Shown in pieces: positions 22,626-31,147 of a DNA stretch of 64,000 bases (its first letter is position 1; every line of letters starts with the position of its first letter). The notes under the pieces are model-generated. The model saw only the letters and a list, made by a program, of their open reading frames with translations. It was not told where the DNA came from and did not search any database. A program made the translations under genes and the position numbers. This DNA comes from an uncultured Bacteroidales bacterium (lineage in GTDB: Bacteria > Bacteroidota > Bacteroidia > Bacteroidales > VadinHA17): the NCBI GenBank assembly GCA_963750735.1, contig CAVVRY010000018.1, forward strand, positions 10,751-74,750. Direction: 5' to 3'.

Positions 22626-22782
22626 TGAATGTCTGATTTAGTTTTGGTCTCTATACAAATTTACACATTTTCTTGATTTATACTTAGAGAGCAAGAAATC
22701 ATATACATAAGACTTAATTAGTATAAATTAAAATAATGGTTTATGTTGACTCTGAATTTATATTTTCTCCTACCAGTTTCCC

Positions 22783-24465
22783 CTAGTAATTTTCAGGATT
22801 GTGTTCTTTTCCATGGCAGGTTAAGAAGCAGCGGCCCCTAAAATTTCCCTGATCTTCAAAATAAAGCCGCCCCTGGCTGTCTGCACTTACAATACTTAGA
22901 TCAAAATTTATCAGGTGAGAATTGTTTGAACTGTTTCCCTGAGTGTTACTGATTCCATGTGGATCATGACAAACATTGCAGGGTGTATTTTCTTCTCTAA
23001 TATGCATGTTGTGATCCTTGAACGACTGATTGTTCAAAATTGAATTACGATTGTGGCAAGAGTAGCAAAGTTCATAACTCAATGAAGACTCGATAGTATT
23101 ATCTGCTTTATCATACCTATATTTTAATATTGCAGGATAGATTGATCCATGCGGTCCAGCCGGTGAGTCAGAACCATCGCTTGCGTGGCAATCGGAACAA
23201 TAGATTTGACTCGCTTCTGTTAAGGGTGAAATAAGGCTGGGAACATTTGGATTTATACCTGTGCTTACCACCGGATGAAAGGAAGGATTGCTTGTGTCAA
23301 ATTCTAGTCGAACATTGTTTTGTTCTAATTGCCGGGAAGTATTTCCTGCGGGTTTTAATGGGCTGTCTGCATGACAACGGAAACATATTTCATATTCATA
23401 TTGGGCTGGGAATATGGGTATTCCTGAACGGTTTATTCCTTTCACTCCATCAATGAATCCATTCACATTGGGTGCTACTGCTGAAAGATTCCGAACAGCA
23501 TGTGGATTGTGACAGTCTTCGCATTCGACATGTAAATTAAGAGAAGTAAAATCCTCCATTGGATCGTGCTGCAAATTGTATGCATAAACATTATGCGAGT
23601 ATGTTTTTACCAGCTGCGACTCAATATTTGTTTCTGCCACATTTCCATTGTGACAATACAGACAATTCTCTTCCTCAGCCAGATAATTCATCAGCCGTGG
23701 TTTGCCCCCGGCAGTATGAGGATTGTGACAATTTTCACAGGCATTTTCGGAGACATTATCAAAATTGGTATGCGGCCATGGATTTGTTCCTGAATCATTC
23801 CAGTTAGCGGTTGAGGTATTGTGACTGGAAGTGCTCCAATAGTTCCTGTTGTGGCAATAAAAACAAAGATCAGAGAACCTGTTGGTAACTACTAAAAAGT
23901 CATCAAGTAATTCAGAATGTGGATCATGGCAGGAGGTACACTGGACTTTCTCGTTTTCAAGGCTTACCGGATCAAGGATTGTTTCAGGGTCTTTTAGTTG
24001 TCCATCCATACTTGCAATTGAAGCATTATAAACAAATGAAATAGGATGATCATCTGATAAATCGGTTGAAAGGTTGCTTCTGCCTTGAGGCATGCGGGTG
24101 ATACCTCGTCCAAAACCAATGTGGGTCGATCTACTCCGAATATTTCCCAGAGCAGTGGTACCATCATGACAGGAAAGACAAAGAATTGAACTACCATCAG
24201 GTTGACCAGGAATTGCATCAATCGTCGAACTATTGTATAAAGTATAAGTTCTACCCTGGTCATTCCTATTCCATAAGGGTCCCTTGGGGCCCCGCCTGCT
24301 GTGAGAAGTGTGACAAAAAATACAGGTTTGAGATTCAGATGAAGCCTTTATATTTCCAATGCCCTGTGCAGATAAATTGTGTTTACTATTACGAAGAATT
24401 TGTGTGTGAGAGTCAATGGGTATGCAAAACAAATACATTACAAAAATGATTCGGAAATGCTTCAT
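22783..24465 (-). CDS. Dodecaheme cytochrome c with N-terminal OmcE-like domain
   Basis: 11 CxxCH plus terminal CFLTCH; N-terminus SKHNLS..CIFCHTSH..PLWNR..YTLYNS..LCLSCHDG..LSDDHPISF..CTSCHDPH parallels the 35331-35927 protein. Confidence 0.9.
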   Translation of the reverse strand: MKHFRIIFVMYLFCIPIDSHTQILRNSKHNLSAQGIGNIKASSESQTCIFCHTSHSRRGPKGPLWNRNDQGRTYTLYNSSTIDAIPGQPDGSSILCLSCHDGTTALGNIRSRSTHIGFGRGITRMPQGRSNLSTDLSDDHPISFVYNASIASMDGQLKDPETILDPVSLENEKVQCTSCHDPHSELLDDFLVVTNRFSDLCFYCHNRNYWSTSSHNTSTANWNDSGTNPWPHTNFDNVSENACENCHNPHTAGGKPRLMNYLAEEENCLYCHNGNVAETNIESQLVKTYSHNVYAYNLQHDPMEDFTSLNLHVECEDCHNPHAVRNLSAVAPNVNGFIDGVKGINRSGIPIFPAQYEYEICFRCHADSPLKPAGNTSRQLEQNNVRLEFDTSNPSFHPVVSTGINPNVPSLISPLTEASQIYCSDCHASDGSDSPAGPHGSIYPAILKYRYDKADNTIESSLSYELCYSCHNRNSILNNQSFKDHNMHIREENTPCNVCHDPHGISNTQGNSSNNSHLINFDLSIVSADSQGRLYFEDQGNFRGRCFLTCHGKEHNPENY

Positions 24466-24467
24466 TC

Positions 24468-25547
24468 TTACTGTTTGTTTACTAATTGAAATATTTGAAT
24501 TCTAGAGTTGTAGGTATCAGCAACATAAATATAATCATTTTCATCAATAAAAATCCCACCCGGCATCCAGAATTGTTCCTTTCCGTGTCCCTGGGAGCCA
24601 AAATAATGTAAAAAGTTACCTTCCCTGTCATAAATTTGGACCACATGATACAGGGCATCTGCTACATAAATATGTCCGTATGAATCGGTTGCAACACCCT
24701 TGGGTCGGGCGAAATACCCACTGGCATCACCAATTTCCCCAAACACAGATATAAATTCTCCATTTTTATCGAAAATCTGAACCCTGAAATTCATTGAGTC
24801 GACAATATATACATTACCAGAAATGTCTATCCAAATAAAGGTTGGATAATTAAATTCTCCTGGACCACTACCCCTTTTACCAATCTTCCTTATCACTTCA
24901 CCCTTTTGATTTAACAATGCTATACGATGGGAATGGGTTTCTACCACCCATATCTCTTTATTTGCAGCAGACCATGCTATTCCGGTTGGTTGGTCCAGTT
25001 TTAGGGAATCATTTAGTTTCTTTAGATTTTTTCCCTCTTTTGAAAGAACAAAAATTTGATTTAACCGGGAATCAGTAAATAGGAGCTGTTCTCCCGGGAT
25101 AGCACAGATACCAGCCAAAGAAGGATATATTTTGTTTTCTTTTCTCAATGCCAATGGAACTTCACTGGTCCCTTCAGAGTTTCTTATTATCAATCCGGTA
25201 CCCTGATCTAAAATCCAGAAGTTGTTGGGATCTGTTCCAAAAATGGAAAATGGCTTACTTATTTCTACTTTCTTTTTTCCTAGAATTATCCCGGCCATTT
25301 TTTCCTTAAATGCCCTATTTTGTTTGTTGTCTTTTGAAGGAAATTCCCCTATCCATTGAACAGAATACAATTTTGCTTCTTGGCTAGTTAGGGCATTCAT
25401 TTGTCCTTTGGTTACAAAGAATGGCAACAAAAAGAGAACAAGCAGAAAAATGGCAAATGCTGTACCATGCAATTCGCTGGAATACTGAAAGTTAATAGTG
25501 TGTTTTAAAATTTGCATTTGATTCATTACAAAAGAGAGATCATGCAA
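24468..25547 (-). CDS. NHL-repeat six-bladed beta-propeller protein
   Basis: Repeats GSGPGEFNYPTFI..GNVYIVDSMNFRVQIFD, GYFARPKGVATDSYGHIYVAD, QFWMPGGIFID..IYVADTYNSRIQIF. The true start is probably downstream of 25547. Confidence 0.9.
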   Translation of the reverse strand: MHDLSFVMNQMQILKHTINFQYSSELHGTAFAIFLLVLFLLPFFVTKGQMNALTSQEAKLYSVQWIGEFPSKDNKQNRAFKEKMAGIILGKKKVEISKPFSIFGTDPNNFWILDQGTGLIIRNSEGTSEVPLALRKENKIYPSLAGICAIPGEQLLFTDSRLNQIFVLSKEGKNLKKLNDSLKLDQPTGIAWSAANKEIWVVETHSHRIALLNQKGEVIRKIGKRGSGPGEFNYPTFIWIDISGNVYIVDSMNFRVQIFDKNGEFISVFGEIGDASGYFARPKGVATDSYGHIYVADALYHVVQIYDREGNFLHYFGSQGHGKEQFWMPGGIFIDENDYIYVADTYNSRIQIFQLVNKQ

Positions 25548-25792
25548 GTTAAAAAATCAACATTCTGGTTTTGGAATTGTCTTGAAAAGCCTATTATTAC
25601 TACAATTTAAAATTACAATTAATTTCATGAACAGAAAGCCATAAACATATCGATAAGGATGACATTTCTTATTTATAATGGTTTTAATTAAGGTTGTGTA
25701 CCCTATTTTTGGTATAATAATTGAACAGGAATTAATAATAATATTTATTTTTATCAACCTGAAAAACAATTTTAAACTTAAAATCTAAAATT

Positions 25793-26323
25793 ATGTTTAC
25801 TAAAAAATCTCTATTAATTCTAAGTCTGGCTTTATTCATGGGCAGTACATTATTTGCTCAGGACTATAAGTACATTGGTGCTGCAAAATGCAAAATGTGC
25901 CATAATAAAGAGGAAAAAGGCGAGCAATATAATAAATGGCTGGCTGCTCCTCATGCCAATGCAATGAAATCCTTAAGCAATGAAGAATCGATGGCATATG
26001 CAAAAGAAAATGGCATTGCTGATCCAACCAAAGATCCTGGATGCCTTTCCTGCCATGCTACTGCCGGAGCTATAGATAAGAGCCAAAATGGTGGTGTAAA
26101 AGTGACTGAGGGAGTATCATGTGAATCATGTCATGGCCCTGGAAGTGTTTATAAGAACATGTCCATAATGAAAAGTCGTGAGAAAAGCATGGACGCAGGT
26201 TTAATACTTCCTACTAAAGAAGTATGTGTTACCTGTCACAATGAGAAAAATCCTTTCCATAAGCCATTTAACTTCGATGAGGCGGTTAAGAAAATTGCTC
26301 ATCCAGACCCAACAGCAGAATAA
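25793..26323 (+). CDS. Periplasmic tetraheme cytochrome c, c554-like family
   Basis: Signal LFA/Q; YIGAAKCKMCH, CLSCH, GVSCESCHGPGS, CVTCH. Confidence 0.88.
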   Translation: MFTKKSLLILSLALFMGSTLFAQDYKYIGAAKCKMCHNKEEKGEQYNKWLAAPHANAMKSLSNEESMAYAKENGIADPTKDPGCLSCHATAGAIDKSQNGGVKVTEGVSCESCHGPGSVYKNMSIMKSREKSMDAGLILPTKEVCVTCHNEKNPFHKPFNFDEAVKKIAHPDPTAE

Positions 26324-26345
26324 TTAAACACATAAATAATAAATG

Positions 26346-26378
26346 AATCCTTTGTCAATCTGGCAAAGGATTTTTTTT
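26346..26378 (+). terminator. Rho-independent terminator after the c554-like gene
   Basis: AATCCTTTGTCA-ATC-TGGCAAAGGATT hairpin followed by a T-run. Confidence 0.75.
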
Positions 26379-26534
26379 AATTCAAACTTTAAGTAATCTT
26401 CCTTTGGATTGGGTAGTAAATTTTATTCATTTTAAATATGTATTAAACAATCCCAAAATAAAGAACTACAAGCTTCCGTTTCAAAATAAATCCGTATTTT
26501 CGGGCCGATTAAATAATATGAAAAAAATATAAAA

Positions 26535-27239
26535 ATGAAAAAAATACTTACAGTTTTAATAGTCGTTTCATTACTGGTCTCATGTGGAGGCAATTCCAAA
26601 CCTAATTTTGTTCAGGATCTTCAGCCCGGTGTACATAAGGTAAAACTTATGGAGGTTTTGCAAACAAATAATTACACTTACCTGCTGGTTCGTGAGAGTG
26701 GAGAAGATCAATGGTTGGCTGTTCCCAAAACGGAAGCCGTGGTTGGAAAATTCTATTACTACAAAGGTGGAATGGAAATGCCTAATTTTAAAAGTAAAGA
26801 GCTCGACAGGGAATTCGAATCTGTTCTTTTCCTTGAAAAGGTAAGTGAAAATCCTGATCTGGAAGTAAAACAAGATATCCCTGCTACAACCCATTCTGCT
26901 ATGGTAAAGAAAGATGCTAAGATGGAAATTGAAATCAGTCCTGCAGAAGGAGGAATAACTATAGCTGAATTATTTGCCAATAAAGAAAAGTACGAGGGTA
27001 AAACTGTAAAGGTCAAAGGAGAGGTTACAAAGTATAATGCCCAAATTATGGGTAAAAACTGGATTCATATACAGGATGGAACCGATTATAATGGCTTATT
27101 CGATCTTACTGCTACTTCTGCTGCCGAAGTTGAGGTTGGAAGCGTTATCACCCTTGAAGGCAAAATAGCCCTTAATAGAGACTTTGGTTATGGCTATACC
27201 TATGATATAATTCTTGAAGAGGCAGTTCTTATAAAGTAG
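26535..27239 (+). CDS. Lipoprotein with NrfJ-related domain and OB-fold domain
   Basis: Lipobox LVSC; YTYLLV..WLAVP..MPNFKSKELDREFESVLF (NrfJ-like); TIAELFANKEKYEGKTVKVKGEV..IMGKNWIHIQDG (OB-fold). Confidence 0.7.
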   Translation: MKKILTVLIVVSLLVSCGGNSKPNFVQDLQPGVHKVKLMEVLQTNNYTYLLVRESGEDQWLAVPKTEAVVGKFYYYKGGMEMPNFKSKELDREFESVLFLEKVSENPDLEVKQDIPATTHSAMVKKDAKMEIEISPAEGGITIAELFANKEKYEGKTVKVKGEVTKYNAQIMGKNWIHIQDGTDYNGLFDLTATSAAEVEVGSVITLEGKIALNRDFGYGYTYDIILEEAVLIK

Positions 27240-27329
27240 ATATATCCCTGATAATAATATTTTCTTTATACTTCTTTCTATAAAGAGGTGCATCCAAATT
27301 TTGTACCTTAAAAGTTGGGATGATTAATT

Positions 27330-27465
27330 AACCTCCTCTCCCTGACTCTGCGGTCAGGGTGCTCCTCTTTAAAAGGAGGAGAAATGAGAACTTTTTGAGA
27401 AGCTCTAATATTCCCCTACCCTCCCAGGAGGGGTGGGTCCTACAAAGGAGGGGACGGGGAGGTTT
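27330..27465. repeat. Palindromic REP/MITE-like element, copy 1
   Basis: Terminal inverted repeat AACCTCC...GGAGGTT; internal hairpins CCCTGAC-tctgcg-GTCAGGG and CTCCT..AGGAG; similar to 29240-29379. Confidence 0.75.
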
Positions 27466-27557
27466 GAAACCATTATAAATTCAAAATCGTAATATTTATA
27501 AATACCTTATTAAGTTTACAATCAATCGAAGTATCTAAACGGGTTTATTAATATTCG

Positions 27558-27933
27558 ATGACTTTTTAATTTACATAACCGAAAGAATTTAAAAGGATTT
27601 CGAAGGTATTTACGAAATAATTCTACTTCGGCTGAATCTGTTTTATGGACAATATTGAAAAACAAACAGGTTGCAGGGTTGAAGTTTCGGAGACAACATA
27701 GTATTGGAAATTATATAGTTGATTTTTTTTGCCCAAAACTAAATCTTGTCATTGAATTAGATGGTGGATATCATGCTTCATATCAGGCGATTATACGAGA
27801 TGAAAAGAGGGATAAATATCTGGAAAGTTATGGAATGACCATACTTAGATTTGAGAATAAAGTTGTATTTGAAAAACCTGAAGAGATTCTAAGACAGATA
27901 ATGGATGTGAAAAACAATTTAATTCCAAATTGA
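27558..27933 (+). CDS. DUF559 (Vsr-like, PD-(D/E)XK) endonuclease domain protein
   Basis: RRYLRNNSTSAESVLWTILKNKQVAGLKFRRQHSIGNYIVDFFC..IELDGGYH..DEKRDKYL..LRFEN. The ATG at 27558 is out of frame by one extra T in a T-run (ACTTTTTAAT). Confidence 0.85.
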
Positions 27934-27963
27934 CCTGACTCGTCCTGAAAAAGGTTTACAGGT

Positions 27964-28829
27964 TTATTGATTTAAAGTTACTGTTTTTTTGTAATAATTT
28001 TTCCACCGTTTTTTAAGTTTTCCTGACGCTTGATGAGCAAGCTCAGGAGTCAACATATCACAACTTAAGTGTGGTCTTTTTCTATTATACTTTTCTATTG
28101 ATTTTTCTAATTGTAAAGTTGTTAGGTTTTGATACTGATTTAGATACTCATCCTTTAATATTCCATTTACTCTTTCAGCAATAGCGTTTTCCAGGGGATC
28201 GCCTTTTTCTGTCATGCTTATATGAATGTTGTTTTCTTGAAGCACCTTTATATACTCTTTGCTGCAGTATTGTATTCCCCTGCCAGGAGGGATGATTAGT
28301 CATGTAATAGGTTGACGGTTGTTTTTAAGAGCGTCCTGCAATGAGTTTACAGCATGCATGCTATCGAGGGTATTAGCCAGCTTACAACCTATGATCTTCT
28401 TAGAATAAGCATCTGTAATCAGGAATAGGTATATGAACTCATTACCGGATCTTTTATAGCTTATATCGCTAACCCAGATCTGGTTAGGAATCCGGGTCAT
28501 ATCCTTGAAAAGGAAAGGTATTTTCTATATACATGGTTGTGAAAAATTGTTGTAGTATATCTTCTTTTTCTTTTGGTAACTTTTAGATTATTAGGTGCCA
28601 TCAGGTCAAACAAAGTATCCCTGCCCATTTTTATGTTGGACCTCTGCAGTTCAGGTTTGATTAAATGATATATCTTTCTTGTACCCATTCTGGGATGATC
28701 CTTTTTGATACTTAACACCATTTGATAAACGATATGGTCTTCAAAAAGCATCTTTTGAGTTGCTTTTAAATACTTATAAAATGCTTGTCTGGATAAACCA
28801 AACAGTCTGCATATCCTTTCCAGACCCAC
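27964..28829 (-). pseudogene. IS3-family OrfB DDE transposase, split into three frames
   Basis: CRLFGLSRQAFYK, PNQIWVSDISY..LITDAYSKKIIG and ISMTEKGDPLENAIAERVNGILKDEY lie in different frames. Confidence 0.82.
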
Positions 28830-28846
28830 TGTAGGATATACTTCTT

Positions 28847-29200
28847 TTATTTCTTGGACTGTTTGGTGTCTGGCTTTTTTCTTATTGGAACTTTTAATTG
28901 CTCCTCAGCAATATCAATCATCTTAGAGTAACCAAAAGAACGAATCTGTTCGTCCTCAAGCTTTCTCTCAAGCTCTTTGATTCGCTTAATCAGCTCTTTT
29001 TTATCAGATTTACTGTAATCCATAAGGCTTTGTAAATATGGGTCCGACCCTTCAGATTTACGAATCCATTTTAAAATAGTAGTAGAACCTCCAATTCCAT
29101 ATTTTCTCCTGGCTGCTTCCTTTGAGATCTGGCCAGACTGAACTTGGAATACGATCTCTCTTTTTAAAGACTCACTGTAATAATAATTTAATCCTGACAT
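28847..29200 (-). CDS. IS3-family OrfA (HTH transposase subunit)
   Basis: YSESLKREIV..SKEAARRKYGIGGSTTILKWIRK helix-turn-helix plus coiled coil. Confidence 0.85.
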   Translation of the reverse strand: MSGLNYYYSESLKREIVFQVQSGQISKEAARRKYGIGGSTTILKWIRKSEGSDPYLQSLMDYSKSDKKELIKRIKELERKLEDEQIRSFGYSKMIDIAEEQLKVPIRKKPDTKQSKK

Positions 29201-29239
29201 AAGTTTACATTTTGTGTAAACCTATTTTGGGACAAGATA

Positions 29240-29379
29240 ACCCCCACCCCCTGACGCTTGCGGTCAGGGTACTCCCCCTGTCAGGGAGGAGAAATGATGA
29301 GTAATATTTTTGTAGCTTAGTATTCCCCTCCTTTTAGGAGGGGTGAATCCTTGACAAAGGAAAGGAGACGGGGAGGTTT
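29240..29379. repeat. Palindromic REP/MITE-like element, copy 2
   Basis: CCCTGAC-gcttgcg-GTCAGGGT, GGAGGAGAAATGA, TATTCCCCT and ACGGGGAGGTTT blocks are shared with 27330-27465. Confidence 0.75.
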
Positions 29380-29424
29380 ATGCACTATTTTTTTTTCTCG
29401 TAAGATCGGACTGATTTCTCATTG

Positions 29425-29452
29425 AAAGGGGAGAAACTTCCCTCTTTTTTTT
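29425..29452. terminator. Terminator-like hairpin downstream of the 21-heme gene
   Basis: AAAGGGGAG-AAA-CTTCCCTCTTT followed by a T-run. Confidence 0.55.
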
Positions 29453-29462
29453 ATTAGTTTTT

Positions 29463-31136
29463 TTATTCAACCAAAACTCGATCGTATTTTAGCTCCCCGT
29501 GGCAACCTGGTAAACAGGAACCCCCGTTTTCCATTGGTTTGTAGTTCATTTGCATTTCCCATTTTCCAAAGGGAACGACATCCCTGATCAAATGTTCATT
29601 TATCGAGGCGTGTACATCATGACACATGCTGCAACTCCGGCCACGGGTGCCATTTATATGGAAATAATGGAGGTTCTGACTGCCATTCCTGAAGTTGGTG
29701 CCCGAGGCTGATGCATCTTCCTGTAATATTGCCCCATCGTGGCAGTCAAAGCAAAGAGCAAAATTCTCAGGCTTTGCTCTAACATAATAGCTAGCAGGAA
29801 AGTTATTCTTTAGCATAGCTGATCTGCCGGTACTGTGGGCACTATGGCAGGTAGAACAGCCATCCATTTCAATGGCGGCATGTATATACTGGCTCTTGGT
29901 AATTTTCTGGCCAATATTCTCCACAAGGGTGGAATCTGTACGATAGGTTTTACTATGGCAACCCAGGCAGAGTTCCTGTTTGTTAGCAGTGAGCAAAGAA
30001 CTCTGGTCTGAAGCATGTGGGTTATGACAACTTGCACATTCTCCGTTTTTTACCGGTGCATGTGAAAATTCACCACTACTTTCTTCATGACAATTTAAAC
30101 AAAGTCCTGGCATTTCCTGTGTCAACAACTTTGCCTGCTCTGAGCTATGGGGACTATGACAGGTGGAGCATTCATCCAGAATAGCATGGACGGAGGACGC
30201 TCCCTCTGATGTATTTTCATGGCATTCATAACACATGCCTGGTTGTGCGGTTTTAACCAGGGCAGGATTATCCGACTCATGTACTTCATGACAATCGGAA
30301 CAAGAACCTTCAGTAAAAGGATAATGAACTGTGTGACCCTCAGGAACGGATGCATCATGACAGCTAACACACAATTCTTCTGTTGCAACATTTAGAAGAG
30401 AAGAGTTCTGTGCCGCATGAGGATTGTGACAACCTGCGCACTCTCCCACGGCTACCGGGGAATGAATATTATTCTTTGAGAATTCTTCGTGGCAGTTAAA
30501 GCATAAACCGGGCATTTCCTGAATCAACAACTTGGCTTGTTCTGCACTATGGGAACTATGGCAGGTAGAACATTCTTCGAAAACTGCATGTATGGAGGAG
30601 GCTCCTTCTGAGGGGTTCTCATGGCACTCAAAACAGAGAGCTGGCATAGCACTTTTAAGCAGGCTACCATTGTCTGACTGGTGTGAGTCATGACAGGAAG
30701 AACATTCTCCTTCGGAGTAAGGGTAATGGCCAACATTATTTTCGGGTACCCCTGCCTCATGGCATTCTGCGCATATTTTTCCTGCTTCAACATTTAATAT
30801 GGATGAAAATTCAGAGCCATGTGGAGCGTGGCAGGCCAAACACTCACCCTCACCGGCGGGATAATGAATGTTTTTCTTTGAATATTCATCATGACACATG
30901 TAACATAGAGCGGGAATTGCTTCAGTAAGTTTGAACCCCCCTGTATTAGGGTGCCCTTCACCGGTAGACTCATGACAGGTCTCGCAACCCATTTCCATTA
31001 CAGCATGCATATTCTTATATTCCATTAAATCACTATGGCATTCTGTACAGTTCTGTTGTAGCTGTATTTTAGTTGTGCTAAAATTTAAGCTTAGAAATCC
31101 AATAAAAACCAATCCGGAAAACACTAAATACTTCAT
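29463..31136 (-). CDS. Periplasmic 21-heme cytochrome c (doubled-CXXCH repeat type; ExtA/DmsE-like conduit subunit)
   Basis: 20 CxxCH plus terminal CLPGCH; repeated HxPxxxGxCxxCHxxHxS..LL..LCxxCH units; C-terminal TNFRNGSQNLHYFH..CSMCHDVHAS. Confidence 0.92.
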   Translation of the reverse strand: MKYLVFSGLVFIGFLSLNFSTTKIQLQQNCTECHSDLMEYKNMHAVMEMGCETCHESTGEGHPNTGGFKLTEAIPALCYMCHDEYSKKNIHYPAGEGECLACHAPHGSEFSSILNVEAGKICAECHEAGVPENNVGHYPYSEGECSSCHDSHQSDNGSLLKSAMPALCFECHENPSEGASSIHAVFEECSTCHSSHSAEQAKLLIQEMPGLCFNCHEEFSKNNIHSPVAVGECAGCHNPHAAQNSSLLNVATEELCVSCHDASVPEGHTVHYPFTEGSCSDCHEVHESDNPALVKTAQPGMCYECHENTSEGASSVHAILDECSTCHSPHSSEQAKLLTQEMPGLCLNCHEESSGEFSHAPVKNGECASCHNPHASDQSSLLTANKQELCLGCHSKTYRTDSTLVENIGQKITKSQYIHAAIEMDGCSTCHSAHSTGRSAMLKNNFPASYYVRAKPENFALCFDCHDGAILQEDASASGTNFRNGSQNLHYFHINGTRGRSCSMCHDVHASINEHLIRDVVPFGKWEMQMNYKPMENGGSCLPGCHGELKYDRVLVE

Positions 31137-31147
31137 AAATAGTTAGT

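Larger units (their letters stand above)
27936..29239 (-). mobile_element. IS3-family insertion sequence (~1.3 kb), orfB fragmented
   Basis: Imperfect terminal IRs TGACTCGTCCTGAAAAAGGTTTACA and (rc) TATCTTGTCCCAAAATAGGTTTACA; 3-bp target duplication ACC at 27933-27935 and 29240-29242; HTH orfA plus DDE orfB fragments. Confidence 0.9.

Noticed and set aside
25793-26323. c554-like gene as evidence of ammonia or hydroxylamine oxidation
   Set aside because: No hao or amo genes in the window; c554-like domains are widespread electron carriers.
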